From assembly GCA_046597055.1 (NCBI GenBank), contig JBKJLC010000082.1, forward strand, positions 1 to 35,144: 35,144 bases of DNA, in the 5' to 3' direction. The position numbers were made by a program, and so were the translations under genes. Source of the DNA: Kofleriaceae bacterium. Lineage in GTDB: Bacteria; Myxococcota_A; Polyangia; Haliangiales; Haliangiaceae. Below the pieces are notes generated by a model, which was given only the letters and a program-made list of their open reading frames with translations, was not told the origin of the DNA and made no database searches. Of this stretch, positions 1 to 8,846 are shown piece by piece (position 1 is the first letter of the stretch; each line of letters opens with the position of its first letter).

Positions 1-246
1 CGGCTCAACACGTCCGACCCGCGCTACGCGACCTTCACCTTCGCGCAGTGGTGCTCGATCCTCGCGTTCCTCGCGGCGGGCTACGCCGGCGTCGTGCTCA
101 TGAAGCGCGGCAAGCCGACCCCGCTCGCCGCCGAGCTCGGCGGCCGCCCCGGCGGCCGCAAGTCGACCGTGGACGCCATGGCGCGCGAGCGCGACAAGGC
201 CGCCAAGTCCGGAGACAGCGCCACGCCCAAGGCCGCGAAGAAGTAG
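1..246 (+). CDS. lgt: 3' end of probable prolipoprotein diacylglyceryl transferase (partial; not in ORF track)
   Basis: Frame 1 reads [38 protein letters not shown]...KAAKK* (TAG 244-246). The DPRY-x4-AQW-x-S motif followed by a TM helix resembles Lgt C-termini. Confidence 0.6.
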   Translation, partial: RLNTSDPRYATFTFAQWCSILAFLAAGYAGVVLMKRGKPTPLAAELGGRPGGRKSTVDAMARERDKAAKSGDSATPKAAKK

Positions 247-251
247 TCGCG

Positions 252-815
<564 letters not shown>

Positions 816-908
816 GCGCCATTCAAGCATGCCGGCCCCGGCGCGGGCGCACCGGCGGCCGCGATCCGCCGGCGCGCGGGCCGCGACCTGCGCTATATAC
901 GGCCCTGC

Positions 909-1859
909 ATGGCCGACCCCGTCGTCATCATTGGTAGCGGTCCCGCCGCCCACACCGCCGCCATCTATGCGGCTCGCGCCAACCTCAAGCCGGTGCTGTT
1001 CGAGGGCTTCATGGCCGGCGGCGTCGCCGCCGGTGGTCAGCTCACGACCACCACCGACGTCGAGAACTTTCCCGGCTTCCCGGAGGGCATCGAGGGACCC
1101 GAGCTGTGCGAGCGGTTCCGCGCCCAGTCGCTGCGCTTCGGCACCGTCATCCACACCGAGACCATCACCAAGCTCGATCTGTCGCGCCGCCCGTTCCGCT
1201 ACGCGAGCGACGAGCGCGAGGGCGAGGCCGACACGCTCATCATCGCGACCGGCGCCACCGCGCGGCGCGACGCGATCCCCGGCACCCTCGACGGCGAGCT
1301 GTGGCAGCGCGGCGTGTCGGCGTGCGCCGTGTGCGACGGCGCCCTGCCGGTCTTCCGCAACAAGCCCCTGTTCGTGGTCGGCGGCGGCGACTCCGCGATG
1401 GAGGAGGCCGGCTTCCTGACCAAGTTCGCGTCGCGGGTCTACATCGTCCACCGTCGCGACGAGCTGCGCGCCTCGGCGATCATGCAGGATCGCGCCCGCG
1501 CCAACCCGAAGATCGAGATCCTCTACTCGTCGCAGGTGATGGCGGTCGAGGGCCCCGGCACGGTCGCGCGGGTGCGGGTCAAGGACCTCAAGACCGGCGC
1601 CGAGCGCGCCATGGACGCCGGCGGCCTGTTCTTCGCGATCGGCCACACCCCGAACACCAGCTTCCTGGGCGGACAGCTCGCGCTCGACGACCAGGGCTAC
1701 GTGGTCACCCGGCCCGGCACCACCGAGACCAGCGTGCCCGGCGTGTTCGCCGCCGGCGACTGCCAGGACAAGAAGTACCGCCAGGCGATCACCGCCGCCG
1801 GCACCGGCTGCATGGCCTCGCTCGAGGCCGAGCACTTCCTGGCCGCGCACCCGCAGTGA
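909..1859 (+). CDS. trxB: Thioredoxin-disulfide reductase
   Basis: IIGSGPA FAD motif, [20 protein letters not shown] active site, [14 protein letters not shown] motif, GVFAAGD and [11 protein letters not shown]. The true start is ATG 909, not 48. Confidence 0.97.
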   Translation: MADPVVIIGSGPAAHTAAIYAARANLKPVLFEGFMAGGVAAGGQLTTTTDVENFPGFPEGIEGPELCERFRAQSLRFGTVIHTETITKLDLSRRPFRYASDEREGEADTLIIATGATARRDAIPGTLDGELWQRGVSACAVCDGALPVFRNKPLFVVGGGDSAMEEAGFLTKFASRVYIVHRRDELRASAIMQDRARANPKIEILYSSQVMAVEGPGTVARVRVKDLKTGAERAMDAGGLFFAIGHTPNTSFLGGQLALDDQGYVVTRPGTTETSVPGVFAAGDCQDKKYRQAITAAGTGCMASLEAEHFLAAHPQ

Positions 1860-2009
1860 CCGGCGCGACCGCGGCTCAACCGGCGCGGCCCCGACCGACT
1901 TCGCGCGGCCCGGGCTCGACGCGCCCACCCGCGCGATCCTGCGCGACGCCGCGCACCGCGCCGTGCTCGCCGCCGCGCCGCGCTGACTCGATCCCGCCGA
2001 TCGCCGCAT

Positions 2010-2594
2010 TCACGCCGGGGCGGCCGCCGGCGGCGTCGCCGCGAACGGCGCCGCGGCGCGCAGCGGGTCGGGCGTGATCCGGTAGAGCACGTGGCGGCGC
2101 AGGCGGTGTCCGACCGGCACGCGCGGATGGTCGAAGTCCTCGGCGGGACAGTGGCGCATGTCCAGCCGCTCCATCACCCGTCGCGACCGCAGGTTGTCCG
2201 GGACCGTGAACGACACCACCTCGCCGAGCCCGAGCTGATCGAAGCCCTGCGTCAACGCGGCGCGCGCGGCCTCGACCGCGTAGCCGTGGCCCCACGCCGA
2301 CCGCGCCAGCCGCCAGCCGATCTCGACCGCGGGCATGAACGGCGCATCGAAGCGCGGGATGGTCAGCCCGACGAAGCCGACGAACCCGGCCGGCCCTGGG
2401 GCCTCGACCGCCCACAGCCCGAAGCCGTGGCGGGCCACGTGCTCGCGGATGCGCCCGACCATCGCGTCGCTCTCGTCGCGCGACAGCAGCGCCGGCATGT
2501 GCGCCATGACGTCGGGATCCGCCCCCATCGCCGCGAACGGCGCCAGGTCATCATCTCGCCACGCACGCAGGATCAAGCGCTCGGTGCGCAGCAT
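2010..2594 (-). CDS. GNAT family N-acetyltransferase (RimJ/RimL-like)
   Basis: TERLILRAW, VEIGWRL, WGHGYAVEAA and NLRSRRVMERL motifs. Confidence 0.92.
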   Translation of the reverse strand: MLRTERLILRAWRDDDLAPFAAMGADPDVMAHMPALLSRDESDAMVGRIREHVARHGFGLWAVEAPGPAGFVGFVGLTIPRFDAPFMPAVEIGWRLARSAWGHGYAVEAARAALTQGFDQLGLGEVVSFTVPDNLRSRRVMERLDMRHCPAEDFDHPRVPVGHRLRRHVLYRITPDPLRAAAPFAATPPAAAPA

Positions 2595-2728
2595 CGGTCC
2601 AGGGCTACCCCACCCCCGCGCGGTTTGACCGCGCGCGGATCGGGAATGTACTCGTCTCGCATGCCGCCCGCGGCCGGCACCCAGCCTCGGTCCAGATCGC
2701 GGTCGGGGCGGGATGCCCTGCCGAGAGC

Positions 2729-5194
2729 ATGCTAGACATCGGCCCCGCCGTGCCCGCGATCCCCGACAAGACTCTCGCCGACCTCGGCTGGCCCCTCCTC
2801 ATCGAGCACTGGGCCGGTCGCTGCGCGACCACGCGCGGCGCGACCTGGGTCCGCGGCCCGGTCTTCTACGACCAGCCCGACCAGGCGCGGGCGCGCGTCG
2901 TCGAGATCGGCGAGGCCCGCCACCTGGCGTCGCTCGCCGCGACCCTGCCGATGGGCGGCATCCTCGACGTGGTCGCCGCGATCGCGCGCGTGCGCAAGGG
3001 CGCCGCGCTCGACGCCGCCGAGCTGGTCGCGGTCGCGCGCAGCGGCCAGGCCCTGGCGCGGCTGCGCACCCACCTCCGCAAGCACGAGGAGGTGGCGCCC
3101 CAGCTGGGCCGGCTGGCCGCGGGCATCGCCGACCTCGGCCACGTCTTCCACCCGATCCTCGAGGCGTTCGACCCCGACGGTCGGCTGGTCGATCACGCCA
3201 GCCCCGAGCTCGGCTCGCTGCGCAAGGCGGTGACCGCGCTCACCAGCCAGCTCGACCGCCGCATGGAGGAGCTGGTCAACGACCCGCGCTACGCGCCGCT
3301 GCTCCAGGACAGCTACTACACGCAGCGCGACGAGCGCTACGTGCTGCCGGTCCGCACCGACGGCAAGGGCTTCGTGAAGGGCATCGTCCACGGCACCTCG
3401 CAGAGCGGCCAGACGATCTTCATCGAGCCCGAGGAGATCGTCGATCTCAACAACCGCAAGAAGCTCGCCGAGTGCGAGGTCGCTGACGAGGAGCGGCGCA
3501 TCTTCGCGCGGCTGTCGGGCTGGGTCGCCGAGGAGGCCGACGCCTTCGAGGCCGCCCTGGCCGCGGCCGAGATCCTCGACGTGATCGCCGCCGGCGCCCG
3601 CCTCGGCGACGATCTGGTCGCCGCCGCGCCCGCGATCGACGACGCGCCGCGGGTCGCGCTGCTCCACGCCCGCCACCCGCTGATGCTGCTGGCCGACCGC
3701 CGCTGCGTCGCCAACGACGTCACGGTCGCGGCCAGCGGCGTGCTGCTGGTGTCGGGGCCCAACGCCGGTGGCAAGACGGTGGCGCTCAAGACCACCGGCC
3801 TGTGCGCGCTGATGACCCGGGCCGGCCTGCACCTGCCGGCCGAGAGCGGCTCGGTCATGGGCTGGTTCACCGACGTCCGCTCCGACATCGGCGACGCCCA
3901 GAACCTCGACGCCAACCTGTCGACCTTCACCGGCCACATCGCCGAGCTGCGCGGCTACCTCGCCGGCTGTGGTCCGGGCACGCTGATCCTGATCGACGAG
4001 ATCGCGGTCGGCACCGATCCCGAGCAGGGCGCGGCGCTGGCCCAGGCGGTGCTCGAGGCGCTGGCCGCGCGCGGCGTGACCGCCCTGGTGACCACGCACT
4101 ACGAGCGGCTCAAGGCGCTCGGCGCGACCGATCCACGCTTCGCCAACGCGTCGGTCGGCTTCGACATGGAGCGGCTCGAGCCGACCTTCAAGCTGCACCT
4201 CGGCGTGCCCGGCAGCTCGGGCGCGCTGGTGGTCGCGCGCCGGGTCGGGTTGCCCGGCGCGGTGGTCGAGCGCGCCGCCGAGATCCTCGGCGACACCGGC
4301 ATGAGCGTCGAGAACCTCCTGTCGTCGGTCGCCGAGCAGCGCCGCCGGCTCGAGGAGGAGCGGGTCTCCCAGCTCGCCGAGATCGAGGCGCTCGAGTCCG
4401 AGCGGATCGCGCTCCGGCTCGACCGCGAGCAGCAGAGCGCGCGGGTCGATCGCGAACAGGGCCGCCTCCACGGCGAGGCGATCGCCGCGCTGCGCGAGGC
4501 CCGCGCGGAGATCGACGCGGTCCGCTCCGACCTGCGCCGGCGCAACGCCGCCGCCGAGGCCACCGTCGACGACGTCCGGCAGGCGCGGCGCACGCTGGTC
4601 CAGACCGGCGCCGAGGTCGCCAAGCACGAGCCCAAGGCGCCGCCGCCGCCGGGTCGGCCGGCGCGCGACGGCGAGCTCAAGCCCGGCGTGCCGGTGCTGC
4701 TCCCCCGGCTGGGCGGTCGCGGCGAGATCGCCAGCGTGCCCGAGCGCGGGCAGGTCCAGGTCCGCCTGGGCGGCATGCACCTCACCGTCGCGGTCGGCGA
4801 CGTGCTGATCGACCATCACCGCAGCATCCGCAAGCCCGAGGCCCAGCCCGAGCCGACCCCGGCCTTGCGCAACGTCCGCGGTCGCGCGGCGCCGCCCCAG
4901 GTCGCCCTGGTGGATGGCGCGAGTGACGGGCGCGCCCCGGCCCGCACGCCCGGCACGACGCTCGACGTCCGCGGCCAGCGGGTCGACGAGGCGATCGGCA
5001 ACCTCGAGCGCTGGCTCGACGAGGCGCTACTGCTCGGCCACGACGCGGTGTTCGTGATCCACGGCCACGGCACCGGTGCCCTTCGCACCGCGCTCCGCGA
5101 TCATCTCAAGCGCCATGCCGGCGTGAAGAGCTCGCGCTCGGGCGAGCCCAGCGAGGGCGGCGACGGCGTGACGGTCATTCTGCTCGGCACCTGA
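2729..5194 (+). CDS. mutS2: Endonuclease MutS2 (ATPase + C-terminal Smr domain)
   Basis: GIVHGTSQSGQTIFIEP, Walker A GPNAGGKT, DIGD-Q-x4-LSTF, LIDEIAVGTDP, TTHY and Smr LDVRG...IHGHGTG. The start may be GTG 2750. Confidence 0.95.
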   Translation: MLDIGPAVPAIPDKTLADLGWPLLIEHWAGRCATTRGATWVRGPVFYDQPDQARARVVEIGEARHLASLAATLPMGGILDVVAAIARVRKGAALDAAELVAVARSGQALARLRTHLRKHEEVAPQLGRLAAGIADLGHVFHPILEAFDPDGRLVDHASPELGSLRKAVTALTSQLDRRMEELVNDPRYAPLLQDSYYTQRDERYVLPVRTDGKGFVKGIVHGTSQSGQTIFIEPEEIVDLNNRKKLAECEVADEERRIFARLSGWVAEEADAFEAALAAAEILDVIAAGARLGDDLVAAAPAIDDAPRVALLHARHPLMLLADRRCVANDVTVAASGVLLVSGPNAGGKTVALKTTGLCALMTRAGLHLPAESGSVMGWFTDVRSDIGDAQNLDANLSTFTGHIAELRGYLAGCGPGTLILIDEIAVGTDPEQGAALAQAVLEALAARGVTALVTTHYERLKALGATDPRFANASVGFDMERLEPTFKLHLGVPGSSGALVVARRVGLPGAVVERAAEILGDTGMSVENLLSSVAEQRRRLEEERVSQLAEIEALESERIALRLDREQQSARVDREQGRLHGEAIAALREARAEIDAVRSDLRRRNAAAEATVDDVRQARRTLVQTGAEVAKHEPKAPPPPGRPARDGELKPGVPVLLPRLGGRGEIASVPERGQVQVRLGGMHLTVAVGDVLIDHHRSIRKPEAQPEPTPALRNVRGRAAPPQVALVDGASDGRAPARTPGTTLDVRGQRVDEAIGNLERWLDEALLLGHDAVFVIHGHGTGALRTALRDHLKRHAGVKSSRSGEPSEGGDGVTVILLGT

Positions 5195-5640
5195 TCGACC
5201 CGCGGCGGCCGCTGCCCGCGGTGGCTGCCCCAGGCGCCGGCCGCGGTGGGCGTGGCGTGCGGAGCGTGACGTCCAGGCAGCACCCCCTCGGCACACGAGT
5301 AGGGCGTGGCGAGTGGGGTGTCCACATGGCGAATCCGATGGCCACCAGTCGCCGCTGCTGGCTGCCCGCGCTTCCAGTAAAAGCGTGGGTGTTTCAACGA
5401 ACTACGCTGGGCCGCGCGAGGCGCTGACCTGGCTGACCTGGTAGCTACTCTGCCGGGGGCATGCGACACGGGTGCGACTGTCGCGGTCGTCGCTGGAAGC
5501 CGTCCGTTCACGGCCATTTCGTCACTCCTGTCAGCGCCTGTGGAAGACCTACCGCTCCATCCTGCCGCATCTCCAGGGACCTGACCGGCGCTTGCCAGCT
5601 CGTGCCTTGGTGAGGCGCGCTCCAGCCGTCGAGCCGGAGC

Positions 5641-5656
5641 TGGCCCACAAGTTGAA
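5641..5656 (+). promoter_or_regulatory. Putative sigma54 (-24/-12) promoter for the peptide pair
   Basis: TGGCCCACAAGTTGAA has GG at -24 and TTGA at the TTGC position, with exact consensus spacing. It lies about 90 nt before ATG 5744 in a 550-bp intergenic region. Confidence 0.6.
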
Positions 5657-5743
5657 GTAGGGATTGCCTGTCAGCCGAGAGGCGACGCCCGGCATCAGAC
5701 GGGTAAGGCGCGCGAGTCGCGCGCCAGTTTCAGGAGACGACAG

Positions 5744-5968
5744 ATGACCACCATGAACCGTTACGAAGAGATTGTTGAGCGCAACACGGTCCGCCGCGCG
5801 CGTGACCTCGCGTTCGCCCTCGTCCTCGCCGCGGTCACCACGTTCTCGCTGGCCTCGATCACCACCGCCGCCCGGACCGTCTCGGCGGCACCGTCGGCGT
5901 CGTCGGCGACGCCGGCCGTGGTCGCGGCGCCGCAGCTGCTGAGCTGCGACCTCCCGCAGACCTGCTGA
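5744..5968 (+). CDS. Small hydrophobic protein, copy 1 (74 aa; TM/signal helix, C-terminal CDLPQTC)
   Basis: SD AGGAG at 5732-5736. Frame and length are preserved in the paralogue at 6150 (61/74 identical). Confidence 0.85.
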   Translation: MTTMNRYEEIVERNTVRRARDLAFALVLAAVTTFSLASITTAARTVSAAPSASSATPAVVAAPQLLSCDLPQTC

Positions 5969-6149
5969 GGCGCGAGACCGAGGGACGGCGGCCCGGCGTG
6001 GCCGCGCAGCCGTCCCGATCGACGAGCCCGCTGACGTCGACGACACCCGGGGGAATCAGCACCGAGCTCGGCTCGGCGCTTCGGCCGCGCCAGGAAGCGC
6101 GGCGTGACATGGCGGTGCGCGAGTCGCGCGCCGCACGCAGGAGACTCAG

Positions 6150-6374
6150 ATGACCACCACCAACTGCTACCAAGACATCGCCGCACGCAACACGATCCGC
6201 CGCGCGCGCGACCTCGCCTTCGCCCTCGTCCTCGCCGCGGTCACCGCGTTCTCGCTGACCTCGATCACCACCGCCGCCCGGACCGTCTCGACGGCACCGT
6301 CGGCGTCGCCGGCGACGCCGGCCGTGGTCGCGGCGCCGCAGCTGCTCGGCTGCGACCTCCCGCAGAGCTGCTGA
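6150..6374 (+). CDS. Small hydrophobic protein, copy 2 (74 aa; C-terminal CDLPQSC)
   Basis: SD AGGAG at 6139-6143. Tandem paralogue of 5744..5968 at a 406-bp offset. Confidence 0.85.
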   Translation: MTTTNCYQDIAARNTIRRARDLAFALVLAAVTAFSLTSITTAARTVSTAPSASPATPAVVAAPQLLGCDLPQSC

Positions 6375-6459
6375 GGCGCGAGCCGGGCCGCGGCCAGAGC
6401 TGGCCGCACGGTCCCGGTCGACGATCCCGGGAGACGTCGACGAACCACGGGGGAAACCG

Positions 6460-6487
6460 GGCTGCGATTCCACGAGTCGCGGCCTTT
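6460..6487 (+). terminator. Probable intrinsic terminator after peptide copy 2
   Basis: ggctgcgattc-cac-gagtcgcggcc is an 11-bp stem with two G-U pairs that work on the + strand RNA, followed by TTT. Confidence 0.55.
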
Positions 6488-6531
6488 GCCATGTGCGGCC
6501 CAGGTCCGCGACCGAGCCGGGTCGACGCCGA

Positions 6532-7710
6532 TCAGGCCTCGAGCGTGACCGCGCCGCCCTGACCGAGCTGGACCAGGCCACCTCCGCGGGCCACCGCCGC
6601 GTCGCGCAGCTGGCGCGGCGGCAGCGACTGGCCGAGGGTCCGCCCGTTGACGATCACGACCAGGTCGCGGTGCAGCAGCGGGCGCACCTGATCGGACGCC
6701 CACACGATCGCGTCCCAGATCACCTGGGTCGGGTTGGCGAACACGCCGCCGCCGATCAGCGTGAGCACCACGCGATCCTTGCCGAGCGCGGCGGCCGCCA
6801 GGAGCGTGCCCAGGTACGCGGCCCGCTGCAGCTGCCGGCACATCGTCATCGCCGGGCGGTTGCTCTCGTCGAGGTCGCCGTACATGCCGGCCGCGATCGT
6901 CGAGGTGAGCACCTGCGCGATCGTGCGGTGGGGCGCGCCCTCGACCGCGCCGTCCCAGTCGGCGCCGAGCACCACCTCGACCGCATCGTGCACGCCGACC
7001 CGGATCGCGTCGAAGCGATCCTCGAGGGTCCGGGCGAACGCCGCCGGGTCGGCGAGGTCGGGTCCGCGCAGGTAGCCATTGCGCACCGCGGCCACGCCCG
7101 GATCGCACACGTCGGCGAGCAGCTCGACCTGCGGGCCGTCGTGCTGCTGGGTGAAGCGACCGCCGGCGCTCGCCGGCGCCGCGTAGTGGCGGACCAGCGT
7201 GCCGGGGAACGCCGAGATCGACGCGCGCGGACCCTGGGTCGGATCGTTGAGATACTCGGCCACGCTGGTGACGAACGCGCCCGGCGACTCGAGGCAGTTG
7301 AACTGCGACGCGACCTGGAAGAGCGTGCCGGGCGCCGCGGTGGCCTGCAGCGCGCCGATGTCGGTGACCGGGCTGACGCCGTCGAGGACCCACAGCCGCA
7401 GCCCTGCCGCCGGCCGACCGGCCCGCTCGCGGGCGACCAGCGCGCGCGCGCGCAGCGCCGCGATCGACGGGAGCTCGAAGCGTCCGCCCTGGTAGCGACG
7501 GCCGTCGGCGTACACGGTCGCGGCGCCGGCGTCGTTGAGGCGGATGCAGCGGGCCGGGTCGGCCTTGACCGCGGCCTCGGCCCGGGCGACTGCGCCGCGA
7601 TCGCCGCGCTTGCGCGAGGCCAGCACCGCGGCCAGCCGGGTCGACACGCCCTCGACCAGGCGGTGTCGCGCCGCCACGCTCCCGTCGACGCCCTCGAGCA
7701 GATCGATCAT
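6532..7710 (-). CDS. Conserved hypothetical protein (FQVASQFN family), possibly a macrodomain/PARG-like ADP-ribose hydrolase fold
   Basis: FQVASQFNCLE, Y-x2-DPTQGPRASI and LTLIGGGVFAN motifs. The last resembles the Gly-rich G-x-G-x-F-x-N loop of macrodomains. Function is inferred. Confidence 0.6.
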   Translation of the reverse strand: MIDLLEGVDGSVAARHRLVEGVSTRLAAVLASRKRGDRGAVARAEAAVKADPARCIRLNDAGAATVYADGRRYQGGRFELPSIAALRARALVARERAGRPAAGLRLWVLDGVSPVTDIGALQATAAPGTLFQVASQFNCLESPGAFVTSVAEYLNDPTQGPRASISAFPGTLVRHYAAPASAGGRFTQQHDGPQVELLADVCDPGVAAVRNGYLRGPDLADPAAFARTLEDRFDAIRVGVHDAVEVVLGADWDGAVEGAPHRTIAQVLTSTIAAGMYGDLDESNRPAMTMCRQLQRAAYLGTLLAAAALGKDRVVLTLIGGGVFANPTQVIWDAIVWASDQVRPLLHRDLVVIVNGRTLGQSLPPRQLRDAAVARGGGLVQLGQGGAVTLEA

Positions 7711-7779
7711 CGCCCGCGACTATCGCGAGCCGGCGCGGCGCGGGCAACGGGAGTGGGCGTCGTCCGGCGGTCGCGATCG

Positions 7780-8802
7780 TCAGCGGCTGATCAGCTTGAC
7801 CGTCGCGGTGTCCTCGGTGATCTGCTCGCGATCGGGGCGGTCGCCGACCGCGAACCGCGCGTGCGAGGCGCTCTCGGCCGTCAGCTCGCCGCTCACCGGC
7901 AGCGGACCGTCGCGCCCGAGCACCAGCGTGCCGGTGACCACCCGGCGCAGCGCGATCAGCTCGGCGCGGGCGTCGGCGGGCAGGCCCGGCACGTCGATGT
8001 CCTGGTGCTCGCCGATGCGCTCGAGCTCGACCGCGATCGTCATGCGATCGCTGGTGATCGCGATCAACCGGTAGCTCGCGTGCTGGGTGAGCACGGCGCC
8101 GCCCGCGCGCAGAAGCGTGACCACGCGCCAGCGCCCGCCGCGGCCGATCGGCTCGGCCGGCAGCGGCACCGCGAGGCCGAGCCAGCGCTGGACCAGCTCG
8201 TCGCGCGCGTCGGCGGGGGCCCGGCCCGCGGGGTCGTCGAGCACGGTCACCGCGCCGAGCTGGCCGCGATCGTCGGTCGCGACGTCGGCGCGCCGGCGCT
8301 CGAGCAGCGCGCGCCAGCGGGCGAGGTAGCTGGCGGCGTCGGCGGCGGCCACGGCGGTCGCGCCGTCGGCGTCGACCTCGCCGATCAGCCCGCGGACGTG
8401 CACCACCGCGGCGCTGCCGAGCCGCTCGGTGGTGACGCCGAAGCCGTCGCGCACCGGCGCCAGCGCGCGCGCCTCGGTCCACACGCCGTCGGCGAACGAC
8501 TTGCTCGTGATCCGCGCGGTCGCGACCAGCTCCCGCGCGGCGCCGCCGGGCCGGTAGCGCAGGGCCCGGCGCGGGGCCGCGCCCGCGTCGAGCACCACGA
8601 ACGAGCGCTGGGCCGGCATCGGCGCTTCGGGCGCGGGCAGGCGACGCCGCGACGGCCCGGTCATCGGCACCACGTGCGTGGTCGGGCCGACCACCGCGGT
8701 CGCATCGGCGAGGCCGGCGTCCTTGCCGGACGTGGCGCGCGACCGGCAGCCGCCGCCTGCGAGCGCGCACGCTGCAACCAAACCGATCATCGCGGTTCGC
8801 AC
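7780..8802 (-). CDS. Hypothetical lipoprotein (DUF6263-like beta-rich)
   Basis: Hydrophobic N-terminus with lipobox-like AGGGC, plus VLDAGAAPRRALRY and VPLPAEPIGRGGRW motifs. GTG 8802 is 6 nt from TATGAT; an alternative start is ATG 8790. Confidence 0.65.
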   Translation of the reverse strand: MRTAMIGLVAACALAGGGCRSRATSGKDAGLADATAVVGPTTHVVPMTGPSRRRLPAPEAPMPAQRSFVVLDAGAAPRRALRYRPGGAARELVATARITSKSFADGVWTEARALAPVRDGFGVTTERLGSAAVVHVRGLIGEVDADGATAVAAADAASYLARWRALLERRRADVATDDRGQLGAVTVLDDPAGRAPADARDELVQRWLGLAVPLPAEPIGRGGRWRVVTLLRAGGAVLTQHASYRLIAITSDRMTIAVELERIGEHQDIDVPGLPADARAELIALRRVVTGTLVLGRDGPLPVSGELTAESASHARFAVGDRPDREQITEDTATVKLISR

Positions 8803-8846
8803 GGCGCCATCATAGCGCCGGGCCGGTCGCGTCCGCCGGCCCCGGG

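Larger units (their letters stand above)
5707..6487 (+). repeat. Two-unit tandem duplication (about 406-bp period): 5' hairpin, SD, peptide gene, structured 3' region
   Basis: Both units share gcgcgagtcgcgcgcc, caggagac..cagatgaccacca, the CDS, tgctgaggcgcgag, gtcccgRtcgacga, gacgtcgacga and cgggggaa. Confidence 0.9.

Noticed and set aside
5221..5660. Short ORFs 5221..5427 and 5472..5660 in the intergenic region
   Set aside because: No SD or leaderless signal, atypical codon usage and no motifs.
5707..6487. CRISPR array or RiPP cluster interpretation of the tandem duplication
   Set aside because: Only two units of about 406 bp, each containing an ORF; no cas genes, and no modifying enzyme, peptidase or transporter nearby.
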